DNA from: Kofleriaceae bacterium
GTDB taxonomy: Bacteria; Myxococcota_A; Polyangia; Haliangiales; Haliangiaceae
Direction: 5' to 3'
Assembly: GCA_046597055.1 (NCBI GenBank)
Contig: JBKJLC010000069.1
Coordinates: 1-19,037, forward strand
Length of the DNA: 19,037 nucleotides
Shown here one piece after another: positions 9,452 through 19,035 of this stretch. Every line of letters begins with the position of its first letter. Position 1 is the stretch's first letter. The translations under genes were made by a program, and so were the position numbers. The notes beneath the pieces are model-generated. The model was not told where the DNA came from and did no database searches. It saw only the letters and a list, made by a program, of their open reading frames with translations.

Positions 9452-9931
9452 TCATGAACGCTCGCGGTTGATCACCGTGCCGTCGGGCGCGTGGTTGACG
9501 ACTTCGCGCAGCTCGTCATCTTCGTCGTAGTGATAGACGCCGTAGCTGCGAAGCTCACCATCCGGGCCGCAATGGTGCTCCGTGAGGAAGCGCCCGTCCG
9601 CGGTGCCGTGCACCGGCGCGAGGATCTTCACGATCTCACCGGACGGATCGACGTACCAGGTGCGCCATCGGACAGTGTCGCCATCGTTTTCCGCGGGGGA
9701 GTAGATCTCGCCCCGGACGCCCTCGCGGCGCGCTCGGAAGTCAGCGAGCGGCACCGCGGGATCCGTCCAGCCCGGATAGACGACCCTGTCGAGCTGGTCG
9801 TGGACGTAGCAGCGGTAGCGCAGTGGTACGTCGTCGACTTCCTCCGCATAGAAATCGCGGCGGTGCGTTTCCGCTTCGTCGATCTCCTTCAGCGGCCGTG
9901 CGTTCCTGAACTGCGTGAAGTATCGGGTCAT
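9452..9931 (-). CDS. Hypothetical protein, 159 aa, paralogue 1 (candidate immunity protein)
   Basis: MTRYFTQFRNARP start matches MSRYFTQFSNARP of the paralogue. GAGG lies just upstream. Acidic, with no signal peptide. Confidence 0.85.
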   Translation of the reverse strand: MTRYFTQFRNARPLKEIDEAETHRRDFYAEEVDDVPLRYRCYVHDQLDRVVYPGWTDPAVPLADFRARREGVRGEIYSPAENDGDTVRWRTWYVDPSGEIVKILAPVHGTADGRFLTEHHCGPDGELRSYGVYHYDEDDELREVVNHAPDGTVINRERS

Positions 9932-9942
9932 GGGCCCTCGCA

Positions 9943-10127
9943 TCAGATCGATCTGAGGAACGGTCCGATATCGTCGGGTCCTCCCCGCCCTCGCCTTGCG
10001 GCTGGATGACCTTGCCCAGGGCCGGGTACCGACGCGCCACCCGGCTGGACTTCCCGGGTGCTGCCGACCCGGTCGCGCCACCGCCCGCGTCCACGCCCTG
10101 CCCCGGCCCTGCCGCCTTGCGCTCCAC
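9943..10127 (-). pseudogene. Possible internally deleted gene remnant upstream of the paralogue pair
   Basis: GTG at 10127 sits 5 nt after TACAGT and reads [38 protein letters not shown] different frame ends ..DDIGPFLRSI* at 9943, 11 nt before the next ATG. Confidence 0.35.
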
Positions 10128-10262
10128 GCCCCACTGTACGCGGCCACCGCAGGCATTCACGCCCGAACGCCCCCACGTCGCGCGGTCGGCCCCCTGGCGC
10201 TGGCACGACTCGGCAGGGCTCGGTAGATCGCGTGCCACCGCAGACAGTAGTAGGCTGCGACC

Positions 10263-11197
10263 GTGCCGCTCGGCGCCTTCATCCTTCGCCGGCTCGGGCT
10301 CGGCCTGCTCTCGATCCTCGGCGTGTCGGTGCTGGTCTTCCTGTTCCTGCACCTGATCCCGGGCGATCCGGTCGACAACCTCGCCGGCGGCGACCAGGCC
10401 ACGCCCGAGCTGCGCGCGAAGATCGAGGCGTGCATGGGGCTCGACCAGCCGATGTACGTGCAGTTCGGGCGGTTTCTCGGGCACATCGCCGACGGCACGC
10501 TCGGCCACCAGTGCCCGGATCCGGGCAGCAAGCCGACGGTGATGGGTCGGGTCGCCGACGCGTTCCCGAGCACGGTCGCGCTGGCGCTGTGCGGCATGGC
10601 GCTGGCGATGATCCTCGCGCTGCCGCTCGGCATCGTCGCGGCGCTCAGGCGCGGCACCTGGATCGACACCCTGGCCGCGCTGATCTCGCTGTCCGGCATC
10701 GCGTTCCCGATGATGTTGATGGGACCGCTCTTGCTGCTGCTGTTCTTCGTCAACCTCGGCTGGCTGCCGGGACCGACCGAGACCGGGCCGCTCGCGATGA
10801 TCCTGCCGGCGACCGCGGTCGGCACCCACCTGATGGCGATGCTCGCCCGCATGACCCGGTCGTCGATGGTCGAGGTGCTCGGCGACGACTTCCTGCGGAC
10901 CGCGCGCGCCAAGGGCTTGCCCGAGCGGGTCGTGATCGTGAAGCACGCGCTGCGCAACGCGCTCCTGCCGGTGATCACCATCGCCGGCCTGCAGTTCGGC
11001 GCGATGCTGTCGGGCGCGATCATCACCGAGAAGGTGTTCGCGCGCCCCGGCCTCGGACTCTTGCTGCTCGACGCGATCGCCGAGCGCAACTACCCGGTGG
11101 TGCAGGGCACCGTGCTCGTGATCGCCGCGACCTACGTGCTCGTCAACATCGCGGTCGACGTCGCCTACGGGCTGGTCGATCCGAGGATCCGGCGGGC

Positions 11198-11201
<4 letters not shown>
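10263..11201 (+). CDS. dppB: Peptide/nickel ABC transporter permease, DppB/OppB family
   Basis: [41 protein letters not shown] and DPRIR motifs. Confidence 0.93.
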
Positions 11202-12069
<868 letters not shown>

Positions 12070-12070
<1 letters not shown>

Positions 12071-12381
12071 TGCTGCGCGTCCGGCTGTGCCGCGCCGACC
12101 AGCTGCCGGTCGGCAGCCTGACCGCGTTCGCGGTGCCCGGCGTCACCTGGCCGGTGCTCGCCGGGGTGTTCGACGGCGAGATCATTGCGACCGCCGGCGT
12201 GTGTCCCCACGAGGACGTCGCCCTGGCCGACGGCGACCTCGAGGGCACCCGCCTCACTTGCCCCGGCCACGGCTACCAGTTCGACCTGCGCACCGGCGTG
12301 TGCCGCCACGACGCCTCGCTGATCCTCCGCCGCTACCCCGCGGTCGTCGAGGGCGCGCACGTGTGGATCCAGCTGGTCTGA
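12070..12381 (+). CDS. Rieske [2Fe-2S] ferredoxin, 103 aa
   Basis: CPHE..CPGHGYQFDLRTG Rieske motifs. TGATG overlap with dppC. Confidence 0.92.
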
Positions 12382-12411
12382 GCCGGCTCGCCGCGGATCC
12401 TCCGCCCGAAA

Positions 12412-12530
12412 GGAAGCGCTCATCTTCCCCGTGCCCGTGCGCAAGCGTGAGCGCGGAGTCGAAGGGCAGACCTCAGGATTGACCACTTCTCTCGCTGTGG
12501 TTCGAACGTGCTTTCGCTTCGACCCGTGGC
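12412..12530. repeat. Degenerate copy of the 96-bp unit plus a partial inverted half
   Basis: GGAAGCGCTCA..GTCGAAGGGCAGACCTCAGGATTGA matches the unit at 12852-13138. CTTCGACCCG near 12518 matches the inverted partner at 13175. Confidence 0.6.
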
Positions 12531-12851
12531 GACGCTGGGCCACGCGCGGCCGGCCTCGCCGTCGGCGAAGCCGCGGTCCCGGCGCTTGCTCGATCCGGGG
12601 TCCCCGGGCGTGACGCACGCCGGTGCCATTGCCCCAACCCGCCGACGCACGCACCACCCGGCCGTGGAAATTGCGAGCGCGCCTGGGACCTCGTCCCCGC
12701 CTCGGCTCGTCCTCCGTGCTGCTCTCGAACACCCGCCCCGTGCTCGACGGAGATGCCTCTCATGCGACAGCCCGTACCGTGCGTCCTGAGTCCATCCACC
12801 ACTTGACCCGGGCGCCGCCGGTCGCGAAGCGCCGGGAGTCGAAGCGCACCC

Positions 12852-13138
12852 CTCGGGCTTGATCACAAGCCTTCATGTGATCGGAAGCGCTCACCCTTTC
12901 CCGGTGGCCCTGAGCCGGCGCCACAGGCGCCGTGTCGAAGGGCAGAGCTCGGGATTGATCAGAAGTCTTCATGTGATCGGAAACGCTCACCCTTTCCCGG
13001 TGGGCCTGAGCCGGCGCCGCAGGCGCCGTGTCGAAGAGCAGAGCTCGGGATTGATCACAAGTCTTCATGTGACCGGAAGCGCTCACCTTTCCCGGTGGCC
13101 CTGAGCCGGCGCCGCAGGCGCCGTGTCGAAGGGCAGAG
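12852..13138 (+). repeat. Tandem array of 3 x ~96 bp, each unit with a REP-like hairpin
   Basis: Units start at 12852, 12948 and 13044 (96, 96 and 95 bp) and are nearly identical. Confidence 0.95.
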
Positions 13139-13170
13139 TGCCAAGGTGCCGCACGTGATCGTCGACGGGC

Positions 13171-13222
13171 TGCCCTTCGACCCGGGCTCGCTACGACGAG
13201 CCCTGGCTCAGGGCCACCGGAA
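13171..13222 (-). repeat. Inverted REP-like partner closing the array
   Basis: Reverse complement TTCCGGTGGCCCTGAGCC-AGGGCTCGTCGTAGCGAGCCCGG-GTCGAAGGGCA has the same ends as the array hairpin but a different inner stem. Confidence 0.85.
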
Positions 13223-13264
13223 CGTGGGCTGGATCCCACGGGCAGATCGCCAAGGCGCCCGCGA

Positions 13265-14308
13265 TCAGGGCGGCGGCGCCGCCGGCAGGTCGCACACGAT
13301 CGCGAGGTTCACCCGCGCGTCGGTGCCAGGCGCGACGGTCTCGCTCTTGTACTCGCCGAAGCAGCCCGACGCGCGCGCGTCGATCGTGACCTCGCCGGCG
13401 GGCAGATCGAAGAAGCGAAACTCGCCGCGCGAGCCGGTCGTGGTGTGCGCCAGCGCGAGGTCGCCGTACCGGATGCTGACGGTCGCGCCGTCGATCTCGC
13501 TGCCGCGCTGATCGAGCACCGATCCCGACAGCTGGACCGCGCCGGTCAGCGCCGCCGAGCCGTCCCCGGCGAGCTCCCCGGTCGCGGTCGCGCGCACCAG
13601 CGCGGCGCCGCGCCACGGCACCACCACCAGCAGCGCATACCCGCCGGCGGGCACGCCCTCGAGGCTCCAGGCCCCGCCGGTGCCGATGAACCGCCGCGCC
13701 GGCAGCACGATCGCCTGCGGGATCCGGTCGTGGGTCACCGCGTGGCCGGGCCCGAAACCACCGAGCCAGATCGGCGTGACGATCAGATCGGCTGGCCGCG
13801 CGCCATCGACGGTCGCGATCCCGATCAGTCGCGCCGGCCCCGACGGCGGCGCCGCCACCACCTCGGCGCCGACCGCCGCCAGCCGGACGTCGATCCATGG
13901 CGGCGGCTGCTCACCGAGCTGCCAGGCGCTGGCCCGGGTCACGGCCAGCGGCGCCCCGTCGGGCGTGCGCGCCGCGATCGTCCACGCGCCCGGCGCGATC
14001 GCCAGGGTGCCCTGCCCGCCCGGACCGACCTGCGCGACCACCTCGCGACCGTCCGCGCCGGTGGCGGTCAGCACCGCCGCCCGCGGCGCGCTGCCGGTGT
14101 CATCTTGTACGACCAGGTTGACGCCGGTGCCCGCGGGCAGCGGCGCGGTCGGCAGCAGCGCCGGGGCCACCACCGCGGCCGCACCAGCATCGTCCGGCGC
14201 TCGCGCGGCGGGCGGCGCGGCCCGCGTGCAGCGGACCAGCACCACGCCGGCGCTCGCAGCACCGGCGAGGGCAACGAAGATCCACGCGCGCGCGACCACG
14301 CCCTTCAT
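13265..14308 (-). CDS. Membrane-anchored protein with carboxypeptidase-regulatory-like (transthyretin-fold) domains, 347 aa
   Basis: N-terminal hydrophobic anchor, Ala/Pro linker, and LSGSVLDQRGSEIDGATV..TTTGSRGEFRFFDLPAGEVTIDARASG. Start position uncertain. Confidence 0.8.
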   Translation of the reverse strand: MKGVVARAWIFVALAGAASAGVVLVRCTRAAPPAARAPDDAGAAAVVAPALLPTAPLPAGTGVNLVVQDDTGSAPRAAVLTATGADGREVVAQVGPGGQGTLAIAPGAWTIAARTPDGAPLAVTRASAWQLGEQPPPWIDVRLAAVGAEVVAAPPSGPARLIGIATVDGARPADLIVTPIWLGGFGPGHAVTHDRIPQAIVLPARRFIGTGGAWSLEGVPAGGYALLVVVPWRGAALVRATATGELAGDGSAALTGAVQLSGSVLDQRGSEIDGATVSIRYGDLALAHTTTGSRGEFRFFDLPAGEVTIDARASGCFGEYKSETVAPGTDARVNLAIVCDLPAAPPP

Positions 14309-14502
14309 TACCACCGCGCCATCGCAATGGGACCAGCCCGCGCCCGCGACCTGGCGCGCACCGCCGCTTTGCAGCGGTCGCCATCGCCGCCATGCTCCCG
14401 CGATGCGCCGCGGCTGATTCGGCGCGGGCGACATGGCGCACCTGGCACCTGGCGCCCGCTTCGATCAGGGCGGCCAATCGGCCGGCCGGCTTGACCGCCG
14501 CG

Positions 14503-17256
14503 TCAGCGGTAGTCCGGCTCGACGATCTTGACCTGCTCGAGCCCCGCCTCGCGGAACGCCTTCTCGAGCGTCGGCCGGTCCGCCAGGCACACCACGACCT
14601 CGTTCTTCGGGTCGAGGTCCGTCTTGATCAGCGCCTTCACCTGCGCCGGCGACGACGCCGCGATCTGCTTGATCAGCTGCTCGTAGTAATCGGGCGCCAG
14701 GTTGAAGCGCGCCATCACGCCGAGCCGCTGGGTCATCTGGCTCGACACCGTCGACTGACCGAGGAGGTCCTCGATCAGCGCGCGACGTGCGCGAACGAAG
14801 TCGGCGTCGAAGTTGACGCCTTGGCGCAGACTCTCGATGCCGTCGCGCATGGCCTTGAGCGACTCACCGGCGCGCGGCGCGTCGACATCGCCGCCCATCT
14901 CGTACGAGCCCGGGCCGACCTGGGTCGCCTTGCGCGCGTACACGCCGTACGTCGAGCCGAGCTTGAACCGGATATCGCCCATGCGGATTTCAAGCATGCC
15001 GGCGAGGACCCGGCGCGCGGCCTCCTGACCATCGATGCCCGCGGGCGCCGGATAGGCGATCGCGACCTTCATCTGGGGGCCGGCGGTGCCGACCACGCCG
15101 ACGACCTCGGACGCCCCGCGGGTGCGCAGCTCGCCGCTGATGGGCTGGTCAACGCGTCCTTTGCTCCACTCGCCGAACGTGCTGCGTACCAGCGACTCGG
15201 CGCGAGCGACCTCGAACTTCCCGGCGACGATCAGGGTGGCGTTGCCCGCGGAGTAGTGCTCGCGCCTGAACGCGGCCAGCTCGTCGCGCCCGATGCCACT
15301 GGCCGAGTCTGGCGTGAACAAGCCCTGCTTCGTGTAGGGGTGATCGGCACCGTTCAGTGCCGTGAGGAGCTGGCGCTGGAACTCGATGTCCTGCTGGAAG
15401 TCCTTGCGCCCGAACTGCTCGCGCAGCCGCTTCTGCCACTGCTCGACGTCCTCCTGCTGGTACTCGCCCGCCAGGATGGTGCGCTCCATGCCCTTCAGGA
15501 TCACGTTGAGGTAGATGTCGAGTCCGCGCGCGATGAACACCGTTCCGTCGCTGTCGCTGAACCCGCGCACCCCGATGCCGGTCCGGAACAGCGCCTCCAT
15601 GTCCATCGGCGGGCTCAGCAGCGACGCCGCCCGGTCGGCCAGGCCCGGGGTCGACCCGGAGTGGACATCACCGACGTTGAAGATCAGCTGCGCCGAGACC
15701 AGGGGGAACGGCGTGTCGAGCGGCAGCAGCACGACCTTCATGCCATTGCCGAGCGTGAAGCGCTTGGCCGCGTCGAACACCTTGAAGTCGGCGGCGACCT
15801 TGAGCGGACGCTTGGCCTCGGCCGGATCGACCTCGGGGATGTCGCGCTTCTCGTGCGACTTGGTCTGGAAGACGACCTTGGCGCGGTTGTCGCCCTGGAT
15901 GCCGGCCTTGCTGGGCTTGAAGACGATGACCTTGGCCTTGTTCCACGCCAGCGCCTTCTTGACCTCGCGGCCGATGAACGTGCCGTCGAACTCGTTGATG
16001 CGGCTCATCTCCTTCATGAGATACGCGTCGGCCGACGCAAATTCGGTGTCCTCGTCGAACTGCACCGCCTCGCCGAGCGCGTTGGTGCGCGCCATCAGCG
16101 TCTCGAGGTCGGCGAGGAAGTTGGCCTTGGTACGTGCCTTCGAGTCCTCGAGCTGCTGCCAGCTGCCCCCGTCGAAGCCGCGGTGTGCGCTCTTCGACGC
16201 CTTCTCGACGAAGTCGAGCGCCTCGCCAAGCTTGTCCATGCCCTTGAGCTCGATCAACATGCCGAACACCGGGGCGAGCTTGCCTCCCAGGATGATCGGC
16301 TGGACGCCGTAGGCGAACTCGTACTGGCTGGCCTTCACGGCAGTCCCGAAGAACACCTGGTTGAGGCCGAAGTCGACCGCGCGGCCCTCGGCGCTGTTGC
16401 CGGCCGGGATGGGCCACGCGACCACCACGTACGGCCGCTCGATGTCTAGCTCGATCTCGGTGCGGTCCTTGCTGACCGCGGTGACCGCCGCCACCTCCAC
16501 CCGGGCCCCGGCGGCCCGCTTCTCGAGCGGGCCGAACCACTTCTTGATCAGCTCTGCCGTCTTCTCGACGTCCACTCCACCCGCGACAATCACGGTCGCG
16601 TTGTCGGGCGTGTAGTACTTGTTCATGAACGCGCACACGTCGGGCAGCGTGATGTTGGTCAGGTTGGCGTCGTCGCCCCCGATCATCCGCGCGTACGCGT
16701 GGTTCTTGGGATAGAGCGCGGTGAGCACCAGGTCGGGGATACGCCCCTCGGCGGTGCCGCCGCGCTGGCGGATCTCGTTGCGGACCACCTCGCGCTCGCG
16801 CAGGAACTCCTCCTCGGAGATCGTCTGGCAGCGGAAGTAGAGCCGCATCGCCTCGATCTTGAGCAGGGCGTCGAGCTGCTCGGCGCGGCTCGCCAGCATG
16901 TAATGCGTGGTGTCCCAGTTGGTGTACGCGTTGTAAAAAGTCGTCAGCTGCCCGATCGACTGCATCAGCGGCGCCGTCCCGTCACCGTCGGGGCGCTGCT
17001 GAAACATCATGTGCTCGACCAGGTGGGCCATGCCCGCCTTGCCCGGCGGATCCTCGCGCGACCCGACCATGTAACGGATGTCGACCTCGACCTGGGTGGT
17101 CGTGGCGTCGGGCATGATCACGAAGCGCAGCCCGTTGGATTCGAGCACGCCCCGTCGTTCGGCATACGTGAACGACGTGCGTGGGATCTCCGGCGTGCAG
17201 GCCGCGACGAGCGCGCCGGTGAGCGCACCCAGTGCAAGGCAGCGAACAAGTTGCAT
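14503..17256 (-). CDS. M16B-type zinc peptidase (insulinase family) lipoprotein, 917 aa
   Basis: MQLVRCLALGALTGALVAA-C lipobox, NGL..GSREDPPGKAGMAHLVEHMMF (HXXEH), NAYT and EREVVRNE. The second half (LGNGMKVV) lacks the zinc motif. Confidence 0.93.
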   Translation of the reverse strand: MQLVRCLALGALTGALVAACTPEIPRTSFTYAERRGVLESNGLRFVIMPDATTTQVEVDIRYMVGSREDPPGKAGMAHLVEHMMFQQRPDGDGTAPLMQSIGQLTTFYNAYTNWDTTHYMLASRAEQLDALLKIEAMRLYFRCQTISEEEFLREREVVRNEIRQRGGTAEGRIPDLVLTALYPKNHAYARMIGGDDANLTNITLPDVCAFMNKYYTPDNATVIVAGGVDVEKTAELIKKWFGPLEKRAAGARVEVAAVTAVSKDRTEIELDIERPYVVVAWPIPAGNSAEGRAVDFGLNQVFFGTAVKASQYEFAYGVQPIILGGKLAPVFGMLIELKGMDKLGEALDFVEKASKSAHRGFDGGSWQQLEDSKARTKANFLADLETLMARTNALGEAVQFDEDTEFASADAYLMKEMSRINEFDGTFIGREVKKALAWNKAKVIVFKPSKAGIQGDNRAKVVFQTKSHEKRDIPEVDPAEAKRPLKVAADFKVFDAAKRFTLGNGMKVVLLPLDTPFPLVSAQLIFNVGDVHSGSTPGLADRAASLLSPPMDMEALFRTGIGVRGFSDSDGTVFIARGLDIYLNVILKGMERTILAGEYQQEDVEQWQKRLREQFGRKDFQQDIEFQRQLLTALNGADHPYTKQGLFTPDSASGIGRDELAAFRREHYSAGNATLIVAGKFEVARAESLVRSTFGEWSKGRVDQPISGELRTRGASEVVGVVGTAGPQMKVAIAYPAPAGIDGQEAARRVLAGMLEIRMGDIRFKLGSTYGVYARKATQVGPGSYEMGGDVDAPRAGESLKAMRDGIESLRQGVNFDADFVRARRALIEDLLGQSTVSSQMTQRLGVMARFNLAPDYYEQLIKQIAASSPAQVKALIKTDLDPKNEVVVCLADRPTLEKAFREAGLEQVKIVEPDYR

Positions 17257-17509
17257 GCGCGGATCTTCTGGAAAAGTCCGGCGAAAGCAAGCCCACCGCA
17301 GCTGACCACGGCGCGCCCCGGTGATGCGCGCGCGCCTCGACCGCGTCCCCGCAACCGACGGGAATGTCCCTTGCCCGCCAGTGGTTGCCAGTGTCCACGC
17401 AGGTTCAGGCAGGTCGTGTGCCACTCGCGCCTTCGCTCCGCCAGCCTGGACGGCAAGCCGGGCGAGCACCGCCTCCCAGGTCGCTTCGGTCACCGGAATC
17501 TAGGCCGCT

Positions 17510-18051
17510 CTTCGGCGCTCTCCAGAAGTGACCCACCTCTGCTCTCCAGAAGTGACCCACCCGCACGCCCACGATTCCGTTCGCGACGCGGTGGCGCGGG
17601 CGGTTCGAGCCGTGGCGCCTCGCCCCACGCGGCGTGACCACCTGGCGCATCTCGCGGCGGCGACCGGCAGGTTCGTCGCGTAAGACGAGGAGGGCCGCCG
17701 GCCCTCCTGGCCGCTCGCCAGCCGCAGCGAGCCCGGCGTCAAGGCCGCGAAGCGCCGAGCGCAGCGAGGGAAGCCTTGACGCTCAGGGTGAGCGAAGGCT
17801 CTCCGGGTGCTCGACGTTCACGTCGAGCCCGTCTGCTGTGTCAGGGATGTCGCGGTTTCGGGTGTCGTGTTCTCGATCGTGTTCGTGGCGCGATGTTGGC
17901 GCGCGCCAAAACGCGCGCTCTGCGGTCTCCGCAATCAAGGTGAGCACGAACGATGCCGCCGCACGACGAGCGTCGGGTTGGACATCGTCGGCCGACGGCG
18001 GAGGGCCATTTCTGGAGAGCACACCCGGGTCAATTCTCGCGAGCGGTGAAG
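17510..18051. mobile_element. 542-bp non-autonomous element (MITE-like) with IS21-type ends
   Basis: Terminal inverted repeats match at 20/25 (CTTCGGCGCTCTCCAGAAGTGACCC vs CTTCACCGCTCGCGAGAATTGACCC). Each end has a second internal repeat at 24-bp spacing. Direct repeat GCCGCT at 17504-17509 and 18052-18057. No transposase. Confidence 0.82.
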
Positions 18052-18371
18052 GCCGCTGGGCTGCCAGGGCTGAAGACCGAACATGGCGCGATGCCGTCGG
18101 GCCGCGCGCGGGCGGTCGCGGCCTCGTCGACTCGAGTCCGATGAGCGAGGGGGATGAGGGGTCAGCGGCATGCCGGCGGGACGGGCCCGGGGCCGAGGCG
18201 GACCGGCACGGCGGCACGGTAGCCGGCCACGAAGTTGAGAGTCACGTTCCGGCGGTAGCCGCGACGGCGACGCGGATGAAATCGAGCGTCAACAACCCGG
18301 GGCTCGGGCCATGCCTGCATGTGCCTCGCCTAACTAACCACGCAGGATGAGGCAGCAGCGCGAACGAAAAC

Positions 18372-18917
18372 TTAGTTCGCGTCCCTCCGAACAAACAAGC
18401 CCGGGACCCTCACGCGAAAAACGTACCCTTCCATGCCCGCAAACAGGTACGAGGAGCCGTCTGCTGAGAATGATCCGAACAGTGAGAGACCCGCCGTGGG
18501 CGATTCACAGGCCCACGCTCGATCACTAGTCCTGAAGAAACAGACGCCGCCCGACTTGCGCGTGAAAGCGAGCGTCGCAGAATCTGACGAAAAGTCCGCT
18601 GCGTACGCATCCAAGGACAGTTTGAGGGATTGGCCCGAGCCGTCTCGATCCACTATCACGGCAGAATCTTCGGCGACCATCGCCAACCAGCGGTCGTCCG
18701 ACGAAACCTCTACCCCTCGCACTGGCGATCCTGTTTCATACGTCGAGACCAATGACCAGTCCGAGACACGCACGAGGGTACCTCGACCGGAACTATCGCC
18801 GTAGAACAGCAGCTTGCGGGAGCGAGACAAGCTCACATGGTTGACCTCCTGATCCGTGGGATAGACAATCCTGGGCGGTACACGCAGACCTATCGAGATC
18901 TCGACGAACCCTCTGCC
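18372..18917 (-). pseudogene. 3' portion of a WD40-like beta-propeller gene, 5'-truncated
   Basis: Blade-like repeats VNHVSLSRSRKLLFYG, VRGVEVSSDDRWLA, ADFSSDSATLAF and GSFSADGSSYLFAG. Only about 4 blades are present, the frame is closed upstream by TAA at 19005-19007, and GC is lower than the rest of the window. Confidence 0.6.
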
Positions 18918-18942
18918 TAACCAGCATCGCATGGAGCCTGGA

Positions 18943-19035
18943 TCAAAGAAACCGGGCGACATGGCCGGCGAGGAGCGAGGGGGTGGACTTGAAGCGCTCG
19001 AAGGTTAGGATCAGTGCGGCGTCGCGCTCCTCCGT
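18943..19035 (-). CDS. 3' end of an ORF entering from the window edge, possibly an IS630-like transposase
   Basis: Reads TEERDAALILTFERFKSTPSLLAGHVARFL*, followed 23 nt later by a TA at 18918-18919. Too short to assign. Confidence 0.3.
   Translation of the reverse strand, partial: TEERDAALILTFERFKSTPSLLAGHVARFL

Noticed and set aside
12861..12882. CRP/FNR operator in the repeat unit
   Set aside because: The half-sites are in the wrong order and spacing (TCACA-N8-TGTGA), and the site lies between convergent gene ends.
12852..13138. CRISPR array
   Set aside because: The units are near-identical over their full 96 bp, with no unique spacers and no cas genes in the window.
12760..13239. Repeat-encoded ORFs (12760-13239 minus, 12859-13104 plus)
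   Set aside because: Open frames follow from the 96-bp period. The third unit has a 1-nt deletion, and the conserved features are nucleotide hairpins.
18162..18320. Short minus-strand ORF MQAWPEPR..PPACR
   Set aside because: About 50 codons with no recognisable motif or supporting context.
17634..18350. 238-aa ORF as a transposase
   Set aside because: No DDE, HTH or Walker motifs, low-complexity composition, and it runs across the element boundary.
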